Position numbers and translations under genes: made by a program. A stretch of 64,000 nt of DNA from Amoeboaphelidium protococcarum X5 (taxonomy: Eukaryota > Fungi > Aphelidiomycota): positions 124,001 through 188,000 of the forward strand of contig JALDTO010000155.1 in the NCBI GenBank assembly GCA_023515725.1, given 5' to 3'. Every line of letters starts with the position of its first letter. Positions within the stretch are counted from its first letter, which is position 1. Shown in pieces: positions 55,804-64,000 of the stretch. Below the pieces are notes generated by a model, which did no database searches, had not been told where the DNA came from, and worked only from the letters and a program-made list of their open reading frames with translations.

Positions 55804-56478
55804 ATGTATTATCATAAAGTTATCCTCTTTAGTGTACTTCTTTTGGCAATTACTGATAATGTCTAGTCACTGCCAAGGAAGACTTGTGCTTTGGTTGGAT
55901 CCATTCTAGATTCAGAGTTTGACGATGATTACTGCAATGATGATCGGCGCTTTAATGAATTTTATGGCATTGAAGAACAGGCAGACGATGAACTAAATTA
56001 TAAATGGGGAAATACAGCTTTAAAAGGCGGCAATATTATTGATTCTGCTGATTTGGCGCCTGGATACTCCGATCTTCCCACAAATGAATCTAATCCTGGG
56101 ACTCTGAGTGATCCAAGAACCAGCAATAAATAAATCCAAGCAAGTTCGTTTAAACGCGACGCTGCACTTCACTAATACCATGAAACTGTGCCATCTGTAG
56201 AGTAAGATAGAGAAAGTCTGATAAGGCAGCTAGAATTGCTTGAGTAATCCATCAAAGATCTTGAGGATAAGATTCAATTCACAAAAATGCGTATTAGAGA
56301 TCGCTGGCACTCCAAAGTATAGTCAATAATCTATCATTAAAAACATAATATTCCGTTCACAAAAGAGTACATGTACGATTCGACTCTACTAGATGAAGAA
56401 CTGTAGGAGCTTAAATAAGAATTGGATTATACGCGGTCAAAGCTAAAAGCATTGTCTCTACATAGTCTCCGGAGTTGA
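55804..56478 (+). CDS. Orphan secreted protein with C-terminal coiled coil (224 aa)
   Basis: Signal peptide MYYHKVILFSVLLLAITDNVQS; acidic N-region; KR dibasic site; heptad-like segments. Confidence 0.6.
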
Positions 56479-56786
56479 GCTTCCACTGGCGGTGCTATTC
56501 TATAGGCCTTGAATTCAAAGATGTAACAAGTGAATGAAATACAATTGATAGATTTGAATTCTCCCATCATTGCACAAGATTCAGCACTGCTTTAATTAAA
56601 GACACTTAAATCACGCAGGCAATTTATTTACTTTGTCAAACATTAGAATAGAAGAGCTATTCTTAGCCTATTTTATGATTATGGAATCAGATCTGGTCCG
56701 GAAATCAAACAATAAAGTCATCGGCCAAGAGTCTAAACGTTTTTGTACACATCTTCAAATAGATAATAAATCCAATTGTGTGAAGA

Positions 56787-59285
56787 ATGTCAGGATCATA
56801 AGTACCGCCTAGTTGTTACGTTGGCCCAAATATCACTGGCATTGTTATTTCGGCCGGCTATGAGTGCAGCGCTGGCTTCTTCTGTCCAAACACAACTGAA
56901 ACAGAGGCGTAATCACTCCCGCAAGTCTGTCCTCCTGATTTTAAATGTTAATTGTTGAGACTCGCCAACACTCCATGTAAGCCATAGGGTGAGTATGAGC
57001 CAATTGTGTGTATGCCTGGCAATTATTGTCCTGATTTTAGTACTATGCTACCGTGTCCATCTGGTTCATTTTGTCTAACCGGTTCAGTTAAGCCGCTTCA
57101 ATGTCCTCCTCTGTCCAGTTGCCCCGCTGGTGCCAAGAAGGTATTATTTTATGGTGGATTGATCTTTTGCGTAATCGTGGATGTCGCTCTGGCTTTCTTG
57201 TACTTCTTGCTCATAATGCACCGCCGCAAGCTGTTGAAGATGAACGAAATCTCTTCACAGTTTGATGAAGTTGATCTAAAGACGCCCGATGCTGCGCCGG
57301 AATCCGCGGAAGTTGTTGAAGACGCCAAAGATACAAAAGCTGATATATCGCCAGAGTTGATAGCTGGTTACTCTAAGGCTTTTGGTAAACTATTTAAAGA
57401 TGACAAGACTGGTCTGCATTTGGATTTTGAGTTTTAAAATCTTGGACTTGTGCTTCCCAATGGTAAATAAATCCTGAATTGTGTCAGTGGTTAGATCAAG
57501 AGTAAGAAGTTGACTGCTATTATGGGCGCGAGTGGAGCGGGTAAGACTACGTTTATGAATGTGCTTATGGGGAAGGTTTAGCGTACGTATGGGCAATTGC
57601 TCATTAATGGCAAGTAATTGGAGATTCATGAATTCAAGAAAATTGTCGGCTACGTGCCTTAAAATGATATTATGATTCAGGAGATGACTGTGAGGGAGAC
57701 TATTAGATATAGTGCTGGAGTGCGATTACCATCTACTTGGTCTAATTCTGAAATTGACCAGTATGTGGATGCTGTGATTGAGACTTTGGGATTGAGTCAT
57801 GTGTAGCATTCTTTCATTGGAGATGAGACTACGCGTGGTATCAGTAATGGTCAGAGGAAGAGAGTTAATATTGGTATGGAGCTGGCCGCTTCTCCTTTGG
57901 CTATTTTCGCTGACGAACCAACATCTGGGCTTGATAGTACTGCCGCGCTAAAGGTCGCTAATCTTCTGAAGAGTATCGCCCAGATTGGTGTCACTGTTGT
58001 CGCTGTGCTTCATCAGCCGAGATACGAAATCTTTCAGTAGTTTGATGAGATTCTCCTCATTGCAGGTGGTGGTAGAACTGTCTACATTGGTCCATAAGTT
58101 GAAGTGGTTGAGTATTTTAAATCCCATGGCTTTGTATTTGACGACAAATAGAATCCTGCCGACGTGTTGATGGATATCATTTCTGGTAAAGGGGTCAATA
58201 CAGTGGAAACTCTTACTGTAGATGATTTAGTCGAAAAATGGAAACAGCATGAGATTGCATCCGGGAAGGTAGTGGATGCTGTATAAAATCAAACTAATGC
58301 TCGGCCGTTGAAATCCTTCAAGTTGAAGAACAACTCAGTGTGGCCATGTTTACCCACTGGGTCTTTGGTGCGTAGTAACAGAGGCGTACCATCAGAGTCT
58401 ATGGCGATGTTGGATTAATTATCATCAGTACGTAGTTCTGCGGGATGGTTTTAGTAGGCCTTACTTGCGCACAATCGCTCACTAATTCAGTTTAGCAGGA
58501 AGGTTAGTTCGATGATCTTGGAGATTGGCGTCTGTATACTGGCCGGTGGTCTAATGGGCTTATCCGTAATGGGTGCAGATGGTGAAATGTTTCGCGGCAT
58601 CTATGTGAGCCCGTACACTCTTATAAGTCCTGCACCATTAGTTTGGATTATCCCACTGCTTGGACTTTTGGTATCAATGGCTGTCGGTCTATCTGGAGCA
58701 CCGGCTGCCGTAAAGATTTTTGGTGAAGAGAAGGTTGTGTATTGGAGAGAAGCTGCAGCTGGACATTCAAGATCGGCATACTATGTTGGCAAATCCATAA
58801 GTGCCTTGTACCGATTTGCTGTCACTTCGCTGCATTTTACAGCGGTGTTTTATTTTCTGGCCAGTCCATTGAATTCATTTGCCAATATGTATGGCATCAT
58901 TGTAGTTCTGTACTATTGCGTATACGGGTTTAGCGCTATAGTTTCCATGTTGGTTTAGAGAGAGAACGCGTCATTGCTAGCAGTGGTGGCGTGTCTCTTT
59001 GCTGCAGTCTTCAATTACTTTGGTCCAACTAAAGAGAAAGCGGTTTAATGGGGCATCAATTTCATTTGGGAGATATCTTATGCTAAATGGGCGTCGGAGG
59101 CTCTATTTGACGGCGAAGTCTCCAATTTCGGAAATGTCTACCAAGTAGAATTGGCAGCGTCATTGTACGGCTACACTTTGAATCGGTTCACATTTGATCT
59201 CTGTATGGCCTTGCTGATAGGAAGTGTCTTTCGCGTTATAGCGTATGTGCTGATGATTGTGATGAACAGGGATAAGCAGAAATGA
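56787..59285 (+). CDS. ABCG half-transporter with Cys-rich N-terminal extension (ABCG24/28-like architecture)
   Basis: C.AGFFCP, C.PGNYCP and CPSGSFC repeats, TM helix, Walker A GASGAGKT, GYVPQND, ISNGQRKRV, ADEPTSGLDS, LHQPR, C-terminal TM domain with YWRE. Confidence 0.9.
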
Positions 59286-59377
59286 AAGTACATACTGTAT
59301 GATTCTTCACAAAATTATTTAATTTATTGCAAGAGTATCATTTCTGTTCACGCTATTAAACGAAGAAGCGCGCGTTC

Positions 59378-59665
59378 TCAGTAAACCAGCTGCTCGGACA
59401 ATCCATCGTAAACTGGCTCATTCGGATCAACCGGCCATTTACAACCACAGGCTTCAACACAGCTCTGTCCACCGCCAGCAGTCAGACACAGATCACGGCA
59501 CTGCTTGAAGCACAACTTGCGGGCCTCCATGCCAGATGATTATACACTCAGAGCGGAACACACTACACAATGTCATAACAAATAATTAAATTCATCCAGA
59601 TGCACTTTGTAACGCGACTTACCGGAAGCAATAATAAGAGCAATAAACAGGATTATAGATTGCAT
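59378..59665 (-). CDS. Small secreted cysteine-rich protein (75 aa); intron 59563-59622
   Basis: MQSIILFIALIIASVCSA followed by CFKQCRDLC...CVEACGC; a GTAAGT..TGTAG intron keeps the frame. Confidence 0.75.
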
Positions 59666-59913
59666 TTTTATCAATTTAAGTTTTAGATTTGATTAATATA
59701 ATCTTTCTATTGACTGTGAGAAAATAAGAAAGAGTGAACGCAAAAGTCGAAGCGGCGACGTACGCCTCGTTAACATTACAAATCATCTACATGCGCGACT
59801 GGGATAACTCATCATCATCATGGTTCGCAATCCTTGGTAGACATTGTAAAAAATGTGAAGGAGAAAGAGACCTAATCATCCTAAAACTTTATTCTCATTT
59901 ATAAATAAAAGAA

Positions 59914-61584
59914 TCAAAATAGAGTTTTATTAGCAGAGTAGAGAGGATCCCTATCCTGAGATATTGACATGCTCTCGCGATACTTCTTCAATGCTGAGCC
60001 AATTACATGGGACTGCGGATGTAAAAGCTCATCAAGCGCGTCAATTATAATATCTGCAGTCGGTCTTGCAAATACTTCATGATCCCAACACTATTTCGTA
60101 AGATCAATCAGTAGTTGAAGCGACTGTCTAGTACTTGCCTGACTCAATACCTTCTCATCAAACTCTGGACGTCCACCAGTCACCACTCTCTTCTCAATCT
60201 CCTCTCTGAACTTCATCTTTCTCCACGCCTTCTTACGATTGATCATCTCATACATTGTCACTGCTAGAGAGTAGATATCAGAAGCTTTCAGTGCCGCGAT
60301 TGTGTTGATTATCGCTGACTGTTCCCTTTGGCTCATCGTCTCATCAATCTCCTCGTGTGTTCTACCCTTCTTGAGTCGAATAAATGTCTCTGGACTTGCA
60401 TATGGTGCACTAGCACCCTGGATCTTAACCACCTTGAATGCGCGAACAATATTCAAGTGTTTGGCTGAGATAATCTATGATATACCAAAATCGGTAACTA
60501 CAGCTCGGAATCTGCATTTTTACTTTGTATCACCACCTCCTTAACTCACCATAGACTCCCTTCGATCCTCATCAACAGCTGGCATATACTCAATGAGAAC
60601 ATTGTCCGGCTTGATATCATTATGCACAATATCAGCCTGATGCATAGCTTTAAGAGCAGACGCGATATCGCGTGTCAGATGAGCAATTAAATCTGGAGTC
60701 CACATAATCTCTTGACCCTTCTGTTTTGACGATTTATCTCCTTGGTCTAGCTCAGCACTCTTCCTGATTGCATTATCATTATTGGCATTGTTGTCGTTTT
60801 TATTATTGCTAGCTTAAGATGTGGCAGGCTTGAAGATGCAAGTTGCAAGTGAGCCAAGTTCGTAGTACTTCATCACGATCACCATCGGACTCAGACAGTA
60901 TCCATACAGACGAGCAGCGTTTGGACAATTCCGAAAGTACCACATCATTGACACCTCCTGACAAAAGGCGGCGACAACTTCATCTGGCACTGGCTTACCC
61001 GGCTTAGTTATCAATTCCTTGACTATGGCTAATTTAGCAGGTTTACTGGCTTTCATGTCACCCTCCTTGACCAGTGCCTCATTCTACAACTCGGCGAGAT
61101 ATACTATACCGGCTCCACCTTTGGTTAGTTGCTTCTACAGTACGTAGTCATTGCTAGGATCAACCTATAAGAACCCGGGTAGGGAGAATTCTTTATCATC
61201 AGGAATCAGAGTGGCCAGAACACTAGAGATCATGGACATCTCAATTGATGTCGCAGCTGCATTAGTTGTTGATCTGGCGTCATTGATTCTCTACTGATGG
61301 CGAGCATTCAATCCCACCGCCTGTCCTTTGCCCTTCTTCATCTTCTAGCCGTCATCATGAAGCCAGATCTCAGGGACAAATAGTCCAAGCAGCCACTCGG
61401 GTAGAAAAGATGAAGGCTAATATCTCTATTAGAGGTAGGCGAAGCACATTAACAATAATTCAAGTGCAATACTGGCACCAATTACTCCAATCCAAGTCAA
61501 CACTGCTGCGTTCGCTTAACCATTACCCGATCGAGTTGTGCCATTGTTCACAATGTCTTCCACTATAGTTGTATTGTTTGACAT
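59914..61584 (-). CDS. Single-TM receptor-like kinase (TKL-like, non-RD), same family as 54108-55589
   Basis: N-terminal TM; LPGFLQVD; GGAGIVY, FCQEVSMMW, HNDIKPDN, DFG, GASAPYASPE, DIYSL, CW....RP. Confidence 0.85.
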
Positions 61585-61842
61585 TATTTAACTTGTACTT
61601 AGAATTGATTGTTTTACAATGAATACAGTCGCCTTAGTCGGTGATTATGATGATGCTTATCCAGATGTTGGAAATATAATCTAAGTTGAAACAATCCCCA
61701 AATAGAGCAGCTTGACAACGGCTGTTCACGCACCTCGATAACATTAGTGGTAGATCCGGCTTTTAATAAAATACAAAAAATGAATGTATCAAGACAAAAT
61801 GCGAACAGTGTAAGTAAAATGATTATACAGTTGATTGTGAAA

Positions 61843-62778
61843 TCACATAGTCTTGAGCTCGCTCTGCGATGCTGCATTGTCTAACGCCAGTAAAGATCCA
61901 CAACCTTCCAATATACATAGCGAACCGATGGCGAACAGTGCAATGAAATTAACAACCTCCTTCTTATTCTCAAACTGGCCATACACTGCGACATTACTGA
62001 GCACGCTTAAAGAAACAAAAGTGGCATACAGGACTGGTTAGAACCGAGAAACCCGTACATGAGTAAGAGCATACTGTCGAGACAGTTCTTGAGAGATGGC
62101 CAACGCGATAATTAATGCAATCGCGATTCCAGCAAGATAATGCTTATCCGGTATTAACGCGCTTTCACTATCAGCGAAAGACGATTATTATTATGATGAT
62201 GATGAGTGTTGCAAAACGATAGTAAGCGCTTTACTGCAGAGGAGGCCGCTCGTGCCAAACAGCGCAGTTGTCGTGACACAATTGGTAATGTCGCGCAATC
62301 TAAGCCTATATAGTCTATATGCTTATATCAAAGCCACAATAACAAACAGTGCCAGAATTTGTATGAATCTCCCACCAGACAGAAGATCCTCTAATGTTTC
62401 AACTTATTAACTGGGAACTCCCAACATTATGGAAAGCACGCCAAATGCAATCCAAACATAAGCGTAGATGGCACCAGTTTCCAACTTTTCATTCAGCATT
62501 CTATCGGCAGAAATAGCATTTACCACCACATTAATAATACCAAGCGGTGTAACAAGTGCTGGCTAACAGTAGGAGATTGCAACGTAGCTGCCAATAACTT
62601 CACCAACATAATTAAGTCCCAGTCCGCTCAACCAGAATTTATTACTGAACCGCGATTGCTACTATTTAAGACTCTCTACCTGCAGAATGCCATATTTCTA
62701 CAAAGTTTACGCCATTCCAGTTAAAGCGTTCCCCAAGACGGCGGCTAAGAGCCCGATCACGGTCTTTGGAAATCCCAT
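61843..62778 (-). CDS. NIPA-family Mg2+ transporter
   Basis: LQKYG, FWLSGLGL..VGE, PALVTPLG..NVVVNAI...LNEKL, QPVLYATF; multiple TM helices. Confidence 0.82.
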
Positions 62779-63106
62779 ATTTCAGCAATCTAGAATTTAA
62801 TAAGAGCGGTATATTTAGAAGTAATTCAGTTGAGGAAATTCAGTATTAAGTCTTATTTATTCTCGAAGTAGCTTCAGAAAATGTCAGCTAAAGCGCCCGC
62901 AGATTGAAACAATCGCCCTCTCACTTCAATTGATATATTTTCACAACAGACAGTCGAATTACTGAAGTGTCTCGCGCGCATTTCTTTCGTCAAAACTTTG
63001 TCAGTTCTTCTTCATCTTCACCATTGCGTTGAATCTCAGTTGCCTTTACTTAGACTTTGGACTATAAGATAGTAAATATACCCCGTGGAAGATAAAATTT
63101 GTCGAT

Positions 63107-64000
63107 ATGTTTAGCTTTGGATAGCCATAATAGTAATAATAATAGCCATAGTAATAAACAAGTGGATTTGGTGCATTTTCCTTTGGAACTGCTAATAATC
63201 CTCCGCAATCGTAGTAATAGTAATAGTAATAGCCTTAGTAGTAGACTAATTTATTCTCTGGATTTGGCACTGGCTAGCAGTAGAACTAGAATTATTAGCA
63301 GCAGTAGTAGTAACAATAATAGTAGACGAAGCCTTTGATTAACAGGTACACCAAATTTAATGATCTGCCGTAAGAAGTACAAATCCAATTAGAGTAGATC
63401 AATAAAGTGGTGAATTAGAACAAGCATGACAGTATGAAAGTCTCTACTAGCGAGGTGAGCAAGTAATTGGAAAGATTGAAGGTGAGATATGTGAATGAAT
63501 CGGTGACGAATTCTCTGCTTAGAATGTCATAAACTATTGATGGGTAACTGGACATTGTGAAGGGTCAAATACGCAGCGAATAGCAGCGATTGGCAGAGAC
63601 AGCTGAGATTTCTAATAGAATGCTGGACAGTATACAATAATCGTTATAGTAATCTTCTTAGAATGGATTTGGTAGAAGTGGAACTCATTATGCCGATGTT
63701 ATTCACGAGTATTATATGCGCTTTATTCAGAATGCCAGATAGCAGTTTAATTCTTATAAGCTAGCTTTACAGGATATGAAATTGCAAGTTGATTAGTTGA
63801 TGGTGTCATAGGATGGATTTCGCAATGCTAATGGTTCTCTGCAGTCTGTGACGACAACTCCTGAATGTGTCACTTCGATTCTGCAGTAGAATTATAATTC
63901 TCTATTGCGTCTATCTGCTCAGGCCTCTACTACTCATTAGCAATTGATGTAGTACGCTAACTAGTGGTAAGATTATCAGAAGAATGTCAACTCTTCCTCA
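63107..64000 (+). CDS. FG nucleoporin Nup49/Nup58-like (runs off the window end)
   Basis: MFSFG, GFGAFSFG and FSGFG repeats with poly-Gln; YTKFNDLPQEVQ.QLEQI motif; coiled coils follow. Confidence 0.75.

Noticed and set aside
56476-56958. TGA readthrough or fusion of the secreted ORF with the ABCG gene
   Set aside because: ABCG is in a different frame with its own ATG, and I found no convincing splice sites or readthrough context.

Overview
Gene-dense eukaryotic (fungus-like opisthokont) nuclear DNA that uses a non-standard genetic code: TAA and TAG are read as Gln and TGA is the only stop. The supplied ORF track therefore fragments almost every gene. The code, the fungal-type housekeeping genes and the short introns best fit an aphelid such as Amoeboaphelidium protococcarum; this is an inference. 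Re-read with code 6, the window holds about 35 protein genes and one tRNA-Ala(AGC). Housekeeping genes include OST1, a YANK/STK32 kinase, XRN1, SHMT, TSA1, DSK2, two PMP3, FUM1, RIB3, a NAK kinase, Akt/PKB, TEL2, LMBR1, TRM5, YEATS2-like, ABCG, NIPA and NUP49/58. Most notable are: (1) four paralogous secreted Ser/Thr- and Pro-rich proteins ending in a domain resembling the bacterial FrpC Ca2+-dependent self-processing module, with mosaic, gene-conversion-like sequence sharing; (2) a beta-integrin/Sib-like receptor with a vWA domain and two NPxY motifs; (3) a PHTF/7TM-ion-channel-like protein; (4) all eight introns ending in TGTAG; (5) a frameshifted TRM5 and a C-terminally shortened XRN1; (6) several orphan secreted, effector-like proteins and two non-RD receptor-like kinases. 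Family assignments come from motifs I recognised by eye; no database searches were run.
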